The translations under genes were made by a program, and so were the position numbers. Below the pieces are notes generated by a model. The model was given only the letters and a program-made list of their open reading frames with translations. It did not search any database and was not told where the DNA came from. A stretch of DNA of 64,000 nucleotides from a virus: the IMG/VR virus record IMGVR_UViG_3300020416_000001, positions 1-64,000 of that record; one strand, written 5' to 3'. This document shows positions 45,301-60,300 of this stretch, piece after piece (position 1 is the stretch's first letter; the number at the start of each line of letters is the position of its first letter).

Positions 45301-48300
45301 AACCTTCTTGGTCACATCCCGTATCAATAACACACAGTTTGAATATAACATTCCTGCACCTGCTCCAAACGAACCACAGGGTAACATTCTTCTTTCTGTT
45401 GACCTGAACAAAGGTAAGTCTCCTGAAGAAGGTATCAGCGTTGCTATCAGAGACTTTACTACTAACGTACAGAATACATTCTTCAATGATGATTATGCAT
45501 ATGTTGCATCTTCAGGTATTCCTAACTATGAAGTTGGTCCTTTCCTAGGATCTGCGCTTCTCCCTGGAAACCAACGTAAGTTGATCCGTATTCCTAGAAC
45601 TATCAATACGATCTCTAAGCGTACAGACACAACATTCGGTCCTATTGGTTCTTGGGTCAATGGTGTATCAACTTGGTCTTACAAGTCACAGAACAAGATT
45701 AAGTTTGGTGGAGTGACTGGAATCAGTATTGATGACCCAGGTAAAGGATATGACGCAGCAAACCCTCCTGTCATTGAGATCAATGGTGGCGGTGGTACTG
45801 GTGCTAAAGCAAGTGTTGTTGTTAATGGTGCTCTAAGTGAAATCCAAGTTTCTTCTGGCGGTACTGGTTATACTAGTTCTCCTCTTGTTTCCATTGTGGG
45901 TGGTGGCGGATTTGGTGCAACTGCTACTGCTGTTATTACTAACGGCGTAGTTTCCAAGATTCTCGTCGAAACCCCAGGTCAGGGTTACACTTCACAACCT
46001 GACGTTTCTATATCTGGTGGAGGTGGTACTGGTTGTGCTGCTACTGCACAGGTACGTGGTCCAATTCAGTCTGTAACTGTAGATTCTGCAGGAGCAGCAT
46101 ATACGGCATCTCCTGAGATCAAACTAAACTCTGGTGAGGGTGCTGTTGCACAACCTATCATCATTAACGGTAGAATCGTTTCTATCGCTATCATTGCAGC
46201 AGGAAGAGGATATACAACCGCTCCTGAGATTGTTATCAACGGAGATGGTTACGGTGCTATTGCAAGAGCAACTATCGGTAATGTTGGTGAGGATAGAGGT
46301 AAGGTTATCGGTGTTACTGTTGTAAACAGAGGTATCGGTTACACTACTGGTAATACAACTATCCGCTTGGAAGCGGTTGGTGAATTGGCAGAGTTCACTG
46401 CAAGTGTATTTGAGTGGACTAGAAACCTTCAAGATGAACTAGGACAGAACTTTGATACAGCACGTGGTTACGTGTTTGCAGGTTATAACACTCAGTATGG
46501 TGGTGAGTACGCACACCTTTCTGATCCTAAGCAATTAAGATACGTTCTTGGTGATAACGTATTCAAGAATCAGGCAACTCAACAGTTACAGGAACTTACA
46601 ACTGGATACCAACACTCACCTATTTTGGGTTGGGCGTTTGATGGTAACCCCATCTACGGACCTTATGGTTACATTGATGCTACTAACCAATCATCTGGTG
46701 TCAGAAGGATTCGTTCATCTTACAGAATCAAACCCGCACTTATCTTCGACGCTGCAACTAACCCAGAACCAGTTAGAGCAGATGGTCCTCTTCTTACTGA
46801 TTACATTGCGGGATCATTCATTGATGACTTCGAATATGTCTTCCAAGAGGGTGATCTAGACCAATATAATGGTCGTTTCTGTAAGACTCCTGACTTCCCT
46901 GAAGGTGTTTACGCATATTTCGTATCAATCGACGCATCTGATGCAGGTAATCCTGTATTCCCTTACATTTGTGGTCCTCAACTGTACTCTTCACCTGATG
47001 AGTGGAACTTCTCTCAGAGTGCTGTACAGACAAATATCCCATCTAACGTGGTTAGATTCCGTGATCCTTATGAGGATGTGGATATTGATATTGATCGTAC
47101 ACCTAACCAAGCAACTGACACTCTTGTTACTGAACTTGGTGAGGATCTTATCTTTGAAATCGAAGATACTAACAGAGACGGTCTTATTAATAACCTAGAA
47201 GATACCACACCTATTCAGATCACTGAAGAACCCGTACTACAATTATTTGATTACTACCCTAAAGTTTCTACAAGATCTGTTGTTGACATTGATATTGAGA
47301 CTACGACTAAATTCGAAGACGCTAAAGTTGACGGATTCGTGGTTGAGAACCCAGGTATATCCTATAAGGTTAATGATAAACTGTTCTTTGATAATGAAGG
47401 AACTGATGGTTTTGGTGCATCTGCAAAAGTTGAGGCAGTTAAGGGTCTAGACATTGCAGGTTACTCTTCTTATATGACTGGTGATCAACCAGTTGGTAAG
47501 ATTACCACTGCAACTGAGCACGAACTCCGTGTAAATGATCAGATTATTGTTACCAGTACACCTATTCTTGATGACACTAACAAGACTTTCAAGGTAAAAG
47601 TCATATCTGGTGTTGAAAGAGTTACTGTTGATCAGTCTGGTTTAGGATACTCTGAGGATATTCCTCCTACTTACGAGGTTATCACTAACAGTGGACAAGA
47701 TTTTAACATCGACATCGTTAGAGATGAAGGTGGTAGAGTAGAGAACGTTAATATTATCAACTCTGGTTCAGGATACGACGAAAACAATCCTCCTCAGATT
47801 CGTGTTTCTCATCCTCAGAGATTCAAGAAAGCAACTTACTTCTTATCATTCTTGAAAGAAGCAGGTTCTACTCTTACTATTAATGACATTAAAGTTGCTG
47901 ATGATCGTACCTTCTATGTTTGTGGTAAGACTGAGATTGCAGATGGTGATGTAGCAGGTATTCTTGCTAAGTTCAATAGTGATGGTAGATTGCTTTGGCA
48001 GCGTACACTTATTCCTACTGTTCCTCAGACTGCTGATAAGTCACTTCAGTGGAAATCACTTCATATTGAGAACAGTAATCCTCATAACATCTACGTTATC
48101 GGTGAGACAGTTCCTAATGTAGGTAATCTTACTCACAACCCAGATATTGTTGTTGCTAAGTATCAGTCAGGATTTAATAACGCTAACAACCCTGATGGTA
48201 TCATTCAGTGGCAGCGTGATATTGCAGGCATCTCTGGTTCTACTAGAAGAGACTATGCTTCTAGCATTAGACTTGACCAAGATGGTCGTGTAATGATTGC

Positions 48301-51300
48301 AGGTTATACAGACTCTAACGCAACTGCTCCTGACGATATGTGGGTTGCGTTGATGGATATTGACGGATCTATTATGGAGAAGCGTAAGATCGCTTCTGCT
48401 GCTGCTAGTGAGCATCTACATCAAGTCGAATGGAGAACTGACGATACATTCCTCTTCACTGGTATCTCTGACCCTGCAGGTGCTGCTAACATCATTCTTG
48501 GTGAAACATACTATGATACTGCAACTATCGAGGTTGTATGGTCTAAACAAATTGAATCTGCTGCTTATCAGTTTGCTGATCCTACATTTACTATTGATGA
48601 ATACGGTTCAGTTTATGTAACTGCAACTGCCATTGACACAAACGGTAAGAATTACGGTGTTCTTTATTGTAAGTTTGATAATCAGGACTATACAGCAGTA
48701 TCTGTGTCTAAGATGTACGTTCCTACAGGAAATTACACATCTTGTAAGAATGCAGGTGTTGCTTTTGATGTATTTGGTAATATTGACGTCAGTGCACTTG
48801 TTGAGAGAGATTTCAACGATGTTCAATCAGTTACTGCAAAAATTTCTTGGAACAGTGGCAACATTCTTTCTGCTGCTGAAGCAAAAGAAGATTCTGGTAT
48901 TGGTTATCATCCAACTTGTGTTGCAAATGACAACTCTGGTGATACTTTGGTTGCAGGTAATAAGGTTGAGGCACAGCAACTTGCAATCTTCAACTGGAAC
49001 ACTGCAGACAACCTCTTTGATGAAACATACAATGACACTCTAAAAACTGGTACTAACAAGCAGTGGTATGCAACTGGTAACGCTGTTATTGATAACACCA
49101 AGTTTTATAACGGTGCTTCTTCAGTAAAACTTGATGCACCTAACTCATTGCTCCTCCAATACAGCACAACTGCTGATGTTAGTGTTGAGTGGACAATGGA
49201 AGGTTGGTTTGCTCTTGGTGCTACTCAATATGCTGCACAAGCATCTAAACCTGAATTCTTCGGTATTTACTCTCAGTTAGCACAAGAAGTCAAGGTTGGT
49301 GTTGATGGTACTTCAGGTAGTGCTAATTTTGGTAAGATCTTCCTTGATCTAAATGGAACTACATCATATTCAACTGGTACAGCATTCTGGACTGGATTTA
49401 ACTCAGAGGCGTGGGTTCACGTTGCTATTTCTAAGGAACGCCCTGGTGTTGGTTCTTACATCTATCGTATATACGTCAACGGTGTAGAGGCACATTCAGT
49501 AACTAGTGCCAGTGTTGATGTCAATATGATGCAGGTAACTCTTGGTCCTATCTCAACTCCAAGTTCTCAGAACAACTGGATTGGTTGGGTTGACAACTTT
49601 GTGGTTACACCTTCTGCTAAGTACACAGATGCATTCACTGCAGGACTGATAACTGGTACAAACAAAGTTACTGAAGCATTCATCTATAAGATTGACAAGG
49701 ATAAGACAAAACTTGGAACATTTACTCTAAACGATGTAGAGACTGGACATACTCTTACAACTTCCGCCACAAGCAATTATACGTTTAATACCCAACCTGT
49801 ATCTGTTAACCCTTGGTTGATCGGTCCTGCAGGTATTCAGATTCTTGATTACTCTGATGTTGTATCAACTCACGTCCCTGGAGTTTATACCGTAACATCT
49901 ACTGATGAGGCGTGGGCAAGTAGAACTGCTACTATTCCTACACAAGGTGGTAAGAAACTACTCTTAACTACTAAGGTTATTCCTAAGTTCTATATTAGAG
50001 ACGCAAAATACACTAGTATTGACCTTGTTAAGACAATTACATTCAATCAACCTGCAACCTTTACAAAAGGAACTGTTCTTCAGCAGTATTCTACTATTGG
50101 TGGTAACGATGTTGTATCAGCATATGGTACTGTTGTTGAGGTTGGAACTAGTTCTTGTAAGATCGGTAAGATTATTGGTTCGTTTGATACCTCTAAACTT
50201 CTTAAATCTACCGCAGGTGATGTAAACGAGACAGATAAAGAGTTTACAGTTCTAACTACAACTCCTGTCTGGGAACAAAACCAGAACTATGATGTTGGTG
50301 ATATTGTTTATAGTAACGGTAAGATCTATACATCTGGTACTGCTGCAACTGCAGGTCCTATTGCTCCTAATCATACATCTGGTACTGTCTCTGATGGTAA
50401 CATCAACTGGGCATTTACAAGCGTTGCAGGTACCTTCTCAGTAGATTTGGCGAATAGCGTACACGGTTCAGGTACTCTTGCACAGTTTGCATCTTGGAAA
50501 CCTTTCAATGCTTCTGACTATACTATTAGAATCCAACAGATCTATGATGATTCAGACTTCATTAAGGGTGACACCATTGATGCTGATGCTGTTAACTTGA
50601 CATTTGATGTTGATGCAACTGGTAAGATCGCAACATTTGGTGGTCTTGTTGGTGTTAAGCAGTTCAATCTTCAGGCAAAACTCAATAAAGACGTTATTCC
50701 TTCACAGGGACTAACAAATACTGATCTTGTTTACTGCTCTGCTAATACCAGACATAACTTTGCAGCAACTGACATCATCTTTACTGAAGGATTCTCCACT
50801 AATGAATACAACGGTTCATTCTTTGTGGAAGAAGTATTCACTTCTAGAGACTTTACATACAAATTAAGAAGCACTGCTGTTCAGGATCCAACATTCTCAG
50901 GTTCAGGTTCTTCTGTTTCTAACGTTAATATCTTTGCTAAGCATCCTAAGTTCCTATTTGTTAGAGGACATCAGTATATCTTTGACCTTGACGATTCTTC
51001 TAACCTTGGATACTACCTATCATTCTCTAAAGATAACCAGTATAAACTTGAATATCCATTCATTAACATCATTAGAGAGGGTACACCTGGATTTACTGAT
51101 GATGATTCACCAACTCCATTGGTTAAATTCGTCATCAATGATGATGTTACTAACATTTCATACTACTTTGACCCATCTAGAACCACAGCAGACAACTCTC
51201 CTGTTGGTGAAGGGTCATTTATTGACGTTATTGAGTCTCCTTACCAAGGTACATTTACAATTTCGAAGGTTTCTTCCGATGGATTGGAGTTTGACTTCCC

Positions 51301-54300
51301 ACTTCTTGTTGAACCTGAGAAAACTATCGCTCCTGTTGGTAATAATGAGTTTGGAAACCCACGTTCCTTCTACTCTACAACCTCAATCAAGGCGATTGGA
51401 CCTATTGCAAGCATTAAACTGGTAAACCCAGGTGGATTCTATCAGAAATTACCTATTGTTACTGATATTGCATCTAATAGAGAGATTGAAAAGGTCCGTG
51501 TTAACAACGGTGGTACTGAATATGTCAACGGTGTGTACTATAACGTTCCTATTGCAGGAGATGGTGAAGGTGCAACCTGTAATATCACTGTTCAGGATGA
51601 CGGAGACTTCACTGGTGTCATTACTGATGTTGTTTTAACCTCTGCAGGTAAGGGTTACACCTTTGCATCGATTGATGTAGACGCTATCCCTGGAATTCTT
51701 GGTCCTCTTCTTGCAGGTTCAGGTGCACAACTAGAAGTTGTGATTCCTTCTGAGGGATCTGGTGCATCTGTATTCTTACAAGGTAAGTCAATCGGACGTA
51801 TCAAGAAACTTAAGAACAACGAATTTGGTTTCGGTTATTCTCACGACTATACTTTGAGACCTGAAATCACTTTCCCCGTGAACCTTCAGTTGTTTAATAC
51901 CGCTATTCTTGCAGAAATCAAGATTACAGACCCTGGTTCTGGTTATACATCAACACCTGCTGTTGTTATCGAAGGTGGTGGCGGTACAGGTGCTCAGGCA
52001 GAAGCAGTTATTAAGAACAATAGACTTTCTGAAGTTATTATTAAGGATCCTGGTGCAGGATACAGTTCTGAACCTACAGTTACACTTAAGTCTGAGTTCA
52101 ACTACGTTGTTAACATTGACTTAGGTTATCTACAGTTTAACTTCCCACACGGTATTACAACTGGTGCTGAGATCCAGTTGAGAGCAGAAGATCTTGGATC
52201 TACAGTTGGTATCCTTCCAAAACCAAGTTCTGCAGGTTTGGTTAGTTTGTCATCATCTCAGACTTACTATGCTATCGCAGGTGAGGCAAATGGTCTTGAA
52301 TCTGACCAACTTCGTATCTCACTGACTAAACTTGACGCTGAATCTGGTTCTTACATTACATTCTTGACACAGGGTGAAGGTAGACAGATTCTCTTGACCG
52401 AAGTATTTGGTGGTCAAGCAACTGCAATCGTTGAGACTTCAAGATTCCTTGAGGGTGAACTTGTTTATCAGGGTTCATCACTTGAACTTGCATCTGCTAC
52501 TGGTTATGTTTCTACTAACGAAGGTTGGCAGATCGGACCTAGAATCCTTAAACTTGAGAACTATGACGGTGTTTGGACTGCAGGTGAGCGTGTAACTGGT
52601 GAAGTTTCCCGTGCATCTGGTTTGATTGATAACCTTTCAATCGCTCGTGGTACTCTTAATATTGACTCTCTTACCAATACCCCTGGTCAGTTCATTGATG
52701 ACGTTGGTAAACCATCTGAAATTGTTCAGAAAATACAAGACTCTTACTTCTATCAGAACTTCTCTTACGTTATTAAGTCTGAAACACCTATTAACACTTG
52801 GAGAAAACCTGTTCTAGAAACAAACCACCCTGTTGGTTTCAACCTCTTCGGTGAACTAGCAATTACTGGTGGTAAGGATATTTCTGGAAGAAAGGTTGTA
52901 TCTGATCTAATCAAAGAGGTTAATATCAATGCGTTCACAAATATTAACCAAATCACATCATTTGCTAACGCACAACCCATTTATACTCAGTTCAACAACA
53001 CTGAGGTGCTCTTCAGACAGAAGAGACTGACTAACTCTGAGGAAATCCTTACTTCTATTGTTAAGAAGATCGATAACATTTCTGATGACTTTGACGGTGT
53101 TAGAACTCAGTTCCCACTGAATGTTGAGGGTAGTTCTATCACTGCAACTGAAGATCAGATGTTTGTGCTACTCAATGGTGTTGCACAGTCACCTGGAACT
53201 TCATTCTCTACATCAGGTCCTTCTATTGTGTTCTCTGAACCACCTAAGGCACCTTCTAGAATTAAGTTTAGAACTGTAACCTTTGCTCAGTTATTAATTA
53301 CTCGTATCACCTTTGATTTGATCGGTGGTATCTTCCCGCTATCTGGTAACAGAGTCAGAGGTCTTGTTTCTGAGGCAACTGCTACTGTAGTCGATTCTGG
53401 TACTGATTATATCGATGTAATTAATATTGAGGGAACTTTCCAAGCAGGAGAGGCAGTTCTTAATAGTGCTACTGGTTTCAACTCAACTATTGCTTCAAAC
53501 GGTGTAAGCGGTCTTTCATCTAAGACAATCTTCGAACAAGGTGAAAGAATTACTAACCTTGATGGTAAGTTTGCAATCATTGAAGAGAACAACCTTGATG
53601 ATGGTAATATCAACAATGAACTGGTTGTTTCTAGAACATCTGGTACTGCTGAGTATGAAACTGGTGAATTTGAGATCAAGTTCAACGATATAATCTATTC
53701 TGCAAGATCTAAGATTGCAGCAACAGTTTCTGCTATCGCTCCTTATCAGGATGCAGTTTCAGAACAGATTATTGACACTGTTGACCTTTCACCTTCATCT
53801 AGTTTCTTTGCTCTTGTATTCCAGAGAGTTCCTTCAATCACATATCCTAACGTTATCCTTGATAACATTGGAGATACAGTTATTAACCCAACTGAACTCT
53901 ATGATATTGAATCACCTAATAACCAAGACTTCCTAGATTTCGAATCTGTTCGTAACCAAGAGATTCGTTATGATGGTTTGACTGGTAATGACTTTGCACC
54001 TGGAACTAACATCAGACTTAAGAAGATCTACTTTGGTAACTCTTCTATTAGAACTGTACACGATACCCGTGCAAATAACGCTGCAGAGGCACTAGTTAAG
54101 AACGACAGATTCATCGCTGAAGAAGCGGTGGGAATGATGTTGAATTTCTACCCCTCCTTTACTGTTCCTACAGGTAAAGTTAATTGTGAGGACGACATCG
54201 TTGATATGCTCAATCTAATTGCTTGGCAACTTGAGCACGATGGTAACTCTGAGGTTTGGGATGCTGCAAACTTCTATGTTCAGAACAATACTGTATATCA

Positions 54301-57300
54301 CGTTGATGGACAGGTTGCTCAGACAATATATGCAATGAATGCAGCGAGAGATCTCGCTAACAAGTGTATTAATATGGTGGACATCACTACTGAGTACACA
54401 ACTCTGTCTCAGTGGAAGGATCTCACTATTACACCTGAATATGAAGTTGTAAGTAATAGTCACGGTGACGCTAGAACCTTGTTGCTTGCTAACAAGTGGT
54501 TTATTGCGTATGAGTCACTTCACTATGCTAAGACTCTAAACCCAGGTTATAACGTATCTGGTGGAGATGAGCATTGCCTCTCTGACATCGTGGATGTTGT
54601 TGAAGCACTTGCATACAACGTTGCACACGGTGGTAACGATTTCATTTGGGAAGCAACAGATAGAATCCTTCACTACGGTGTAACATCTGGTGATAGAGAC
54701 ACTATTGTCAACTCCTTTACAAAGGCAAAGGCAATGTCTCTCGATATTATGAGAAATATTGCTGTTACCAAGGCAGGATCACACGATTGGAATCAGGTAA
54801 CCATTTCTATCACTGCTGACCCTGCAAGTCCAACTTGTCAGGCAGTTGCTGCTTCTATCACAACATTGATGGATATTCTCATCAATGCTCTTGGTACAAC
54901 TGCATCCCCAGGCACTAGAGAAGCATTCCAAGCAGCAGTTACATCAACTGCTCCTCAGGCAGACTACTCACAAGGTAGAACTACGATTCCTAATGAAAAT
55001 GCTTGTGTTGCTCAGACATCTGCTGTTGCAAACTTCTTCAAAATCATTACTGATACTCTATCAGATCCTACTGGAGCAGATCCTGCTACCTATCAGTGGT
55101 CTATCAGCAATGTTCCTAGAATTGCACCTGCATACACCTTTGAAGCGGGTGAGACAATCCGTTCTATCAAGCATTCTTATAAGGACAAATCATCTGGTGG
55201 ATTCTTCAACTTCGGACAAGTTCTTAAGGGTGTCTCCTCTGGTGCTGTTGCAGAGATCATTGGAACCAATGCAGGTAGCAAATGGGTCTATACAAAGGGT
55301 GTTACTGGAGCATTCAACCCTGCTGAGTACATTACAAACTCAACAATCACATATAATAACGTTACAACTGATAAGTTGAACCCTGGAACTGGCACTGGAT
55401 CACTTGAATTTAGTGGTACAAGTTCTAGACTTAGACACGATTCCAATGCAGCATTTGCCTTTGGAACTGGTGATTACACAGTTGAACTCTGGATCTATCC
55501 TACAACTGTATCTGGTACACAACGTATTATAGATTTCAGAACTGCTTCAAGTAGCAATGCAGGTAGCATCTTCTTACAAGGAACATCAATCAAGTTTGGT
55601 ATTGGCGTAAATGACCATATCACTGGATCTGCTGCAGTTCCTACTGCTAATCAGTGGTATCACGTTGCTATCTCTAGAGCATCTAACGTAACTAAGATGT
55701 TTGTCAACGGTCAACCCGTTGGTTCTGATTACACTGACGCTTCTGATTATCCTAACTCTCCAATCACTGTCGGTGCATCTTGGGCAAATGGTGAGACTTT
55801 CACAGGTAATATGGACAACCTTATTATCAGAAAAGGAACCGCCAGCTACTCTAGTGGGTTTACTCCCCCTACTGTTTACGATTTCAAAGCACTTGACATC
55901 TCATTCGGTTTCAATGGTGAATCACCGTTCCCAATGGAACTCTCTGCAGTCTACGCAACATATCAACAGACTATCATCTCATCTGCTAACGCTGACGGTG
56001 TAGAACTCTGGCGTGAAGAGATTATGACAGAGGAGATTGATGTTTCTCGTGATGATTATAGAGATTGTGCTGATATTATTGATAAGAACCGTTTCTGGAT
56101 CGCAGAAGAAGCAGTTGGACGTATGAAGGAGAAATATCCTGCATTTGTCATCCCAGGTGACGGTGGTGGATCTACTCAAGGTACTGACAAGTGTGTTCGT
56201 GACACTAACTCCTTTATTATCCCTGCAATCATTAATGACCTTAAGTTAGGTGGTAACTTCCACACTATCGTTGCAGGTCGTGGATACTTAGAAGGATCTG
56301 GTGCTCTCAAGCACGTTAATGGTGAACTTCTACAGTCAATCTATACTTGGCGTGAAGTTGGTAAGATCTGTATTGACGTTATCACTAAAGATGAATCAGA
56401 TCTAACTGGTGAGTACACAAATAGAATTAGAGTTCCTAATTATTTCTCATCTCCTGCATCATCAGCAATTCAAACATTCATTTCTGACTTGATTGACAAT
56501 ATGTTGGAAGTTATGTCTCCAACAGGTCACAGATACAGAGATGGTGCTGATCTTCTTTACTTCAACCGTGGCGCGATTGCTGATGAAGCAGTCTCTATGA
56601 TGGAGCAAGAATGGAACGTTCTAATCAACTTTGTCCAACAAGATAAGATTGACATTCCTAGCAGAGAGAAATGTGTAAGAGATATTAGAGACCATATCGT
56701 TCCTGCTGTTGCAGGTGACTTGATCACTGGTGGTAACTCAAATATCCAAGGTATGATTGATTCATATCTCGATTCACAAAGCAATATTAACTATATCGAG
56801 ACTGAGTTGCTTGCAATGCTTGATGCTCTTGAGCACGTCAAGTTCCTTTCAAACAAAGCACTTCAGAACCTCTTAGTTGGTAGAAACGAAAACATTGCTA
56901 ACATTGCAGGTACAACACCTCAAACTATCGATGATTTCTATCAACTTCAGTATAGTGACCTAACAGCATACAGAAAAGAGTATGATGCTGCTGTTAATTA
57001 CGATCTAACTGGCGGTGTTATTACTGAGAGCACCTTCTATCCACCTGATCCTAAGATCTTCCAAGGTACACATAGAGCACTTGATTCTGCAAATATCATT
57101 GAAAGAAATGCTCGTACTATTGCAGGTGAGGCAGTTGACATTGTAACTAAGACATCAGCATTCAAGCACTACAACTTCAGAGTTCCTGGTGGTAAAGTTC
57201 ATTGTGAAGACGACATCGTTGATTTCATCAACTCTGTTGCACACGACTTGAGATTCTCATCTAACAGTGAGGTATATGATGCTGCAGCACTATATCTGAA

Positions 57301-60300
57301 TACAGATATGGGTCTGTCACACGTTACTGGTCAATCACAAGAGACAATCTACGCTTACAAGATGGCGAGAGATATGTCAATTCTCGCGATCCGCAACAAA
57401 CTTGGGTTTACTCCCTTCGAGGAAGCAACCACAGGTGGTGGCGGTGGACAAGGTGGAAATGCCATTGGTGGAGGAGTTCCTCGTGGTGATTATGATAATA
57501 ACGCTACTACTAATAAGGACTACGACGCAGGCAATGAAATAGAAAATAACTTGAGATTCATCGCTACTACTGCTGTAGGACGTGGATATGCTCAGTATCC
57601 TAACCTTACATTTGGTGGTTACGGTTATCAGTCTTGTGTCGATGATGTTATTGACATCCTTGAGGCAATGGCGTGGAACCTCAAGCACGGTGGTAATAAC
57701 AAGGTTTGGTATGCAACTGAGTTCTATATTACTGATGCTAACGCTATTCAGCATATCAACTCTCAGGCAACTGAAGTTAAGTACATCTTCGAGCAGGCAC
57801 GTGACATCGCTATTGAGGTGATGAGACAGCAGTTGGTCACTGTAAATGGTTACACAGAAGGGTATCCAGTTTACGATACTACTATTACTATTGACTCTAG
57901 CAGTTCACAAACTGGTCAGTTAACTCCTACAAACGCAACTTATAATCCTGCCACAGGTGATTTGGTCTTGACTAAGACTGGTCACGGTTTGGTAGCAGGT
58001 GACGCTGTACAGATTGCAACTTATGGATTGAAGTTTACTTGTGACTTTGATGGTAATCAGTCAGAGCATACTTATCCAAGACCTCTCGATCCATCAAACG
58101 GTGCTCTTCTCCCTGTCACATCTTCTAATAGTTCTACATTTACAGTCAACGTTGGAACAACTACTAACGTTAACTACGATGTAAGTAACGCAATCTACGA
58201 AGAAGCAACTGGTAATCTATTCCTTGACATCGGTTCTAACACCTTAGATGTTGGCAGACACATCAAGTTACCTGATAATGCAATTACATTCACTTGTACT
58301 AAGGATGGAAATGCTACTAACCATTCATATCCTCGTCCTAGTGACTATGCATCTGGTAAATCTCTAACTGTTCTTGAGATTGGTGATTCAGAATTTACTG
58401 CAACTAATGCAGCATACGTTCCTGCAACTGGTGTTCTAACTCTTACAGTTCCTAACCACGGGTTTGCTAACGGGGACAACGTTCAGATTGTTACTAACTC
58501 ACTGAACTTCACTTGTGATATGGACAACAACTACACTGTTCATTCATATCCTCGTGTATCTGACCCTGCTGCTAACAAGTATCTTCCTGTTGGAAACGTT
58601 ACTACAAATACATTCACTGTAAACGTTGGTACTACAGGCACTGTCAACTTCACACCTACGAACGTTGCCTACAATCCTATTACAGGAAATATGGTTCTGA
58701 CTCTGGGTACTGGTCACGGTCTTGTTACTGGATCACATCTTAAGATCCAACCTAACTCACTCACCTTTACTTGTGAGGAAGACGACAACGCAACCAACCA
58801 CTCATATCCTAGAACTACAACTACAACTCATACTGTTACCGATGCTGCTTACAACGGCACAACTGGTATTATGACGTTGACCATTCCTCAGCACGGGTTC
58901 TCTAATGGTGATCAAATCAAGATTGCTGATAACTCTCTAACCTTTAGATGTGCTGAAGATAACTATGCAACTGATCACACATATCCAAGAAGCACTGATC
59001 CTGCATCAGGATCTTGGTTGGAAATCTCTAACGTAACTGCTAATACCTTCAAGGTTCAGGTTCTCCTTTCTGACGGTATTCCTTCAACTAACGTTACTGC
59101 TCACAACTTCATTTCAGCATCATCTAGTGGTGTTACTTGGAAGAAGGATAGAGCATACGATGTTCCTCTCGAAGTTATTGCTGCTACTGCAACTACAGTC
59201 ACAGTCAACGTTCTTGCCTCTGGTAGAACTCCTTCAACCAACACAACTACACACACATTTGTCGCTGCCACACCAAATGCAATTTCTGCAGGCGGTAACT
59301 ACACTCACACATTTACCAGTGCAGTTGCGAACGGAATCAAGTTCAAGAACGGTAGAATTAAGGTTAACGTTAACCCTGCACCTACTAGCGAACAATATCC
59401 ACATACATTTGTATCTGCTGTATCTAATGCTGTACAGGGTGGTGGTAACTACAATCACACATTCATCAGTTCTACAACCAACTCAATCAGTTGGATCACA
59501 GGTGGTGGTGGAGCAACAAGATGTGCTACTCAAGCATCTTCTATCACAACATTGATGGGAATCACTATAGATCTGTTCAATAGTGGTACAAGTAACCCAC
59601 AAAACTACATCGACGGCATCTCCAGAACTCTGCCAGGCGAATGGCCACTGACAGGTGAGCGTGCTGCCGTTCGTGATCTGACTATCACATATGATCAGGC
59701 AGGATCTGGTCAGTGTAACGTTGAATCCTCAACTATCAGTTCTCTCTTCGACATCGTTATCGGTGTTGTCAAGGATGCTGCTGCAGGCAATGGTAGTTAC
59801 TTCACTAACCAAGGTATTAGTAGAAACGCACCTATACAGAACAACACCCTGCTATTTGGTGGTGGTGTCTGCTATAACGTGACATCTGCTGCTAACGTTC
59901 TTTATGATCTTCTTGAGGATACACTTGGAAGAGCACCTGAGATGTATCGTCAGGCATCACGTATCATTTCACTGAATGATCTCTACATCAATAGAGAGGC
60001 ATATTACAAAACTGTTAACCAATACTCTGGATATACAGGTGATATTTCATTCGGTGATGATATAAGAAAGGCATACATTTATGACCTATTGACTGATGGT
60101 AATGCTAAAACCGTCGAACTGATTAATAATTGGTTTGATGCCGAGGGCAACTTCATTGCATTCCCTAACATCTTCAGAACATATTTGATCTTCCACGCTC
60201 AGGCAACCACGGATATGATTAAGCATATCCTTTCTGGAACTGCTCCTGAACCTGGAACCTATAATTTGGAACCTCTCTACAAAGATAGAGAACTTCGTCC

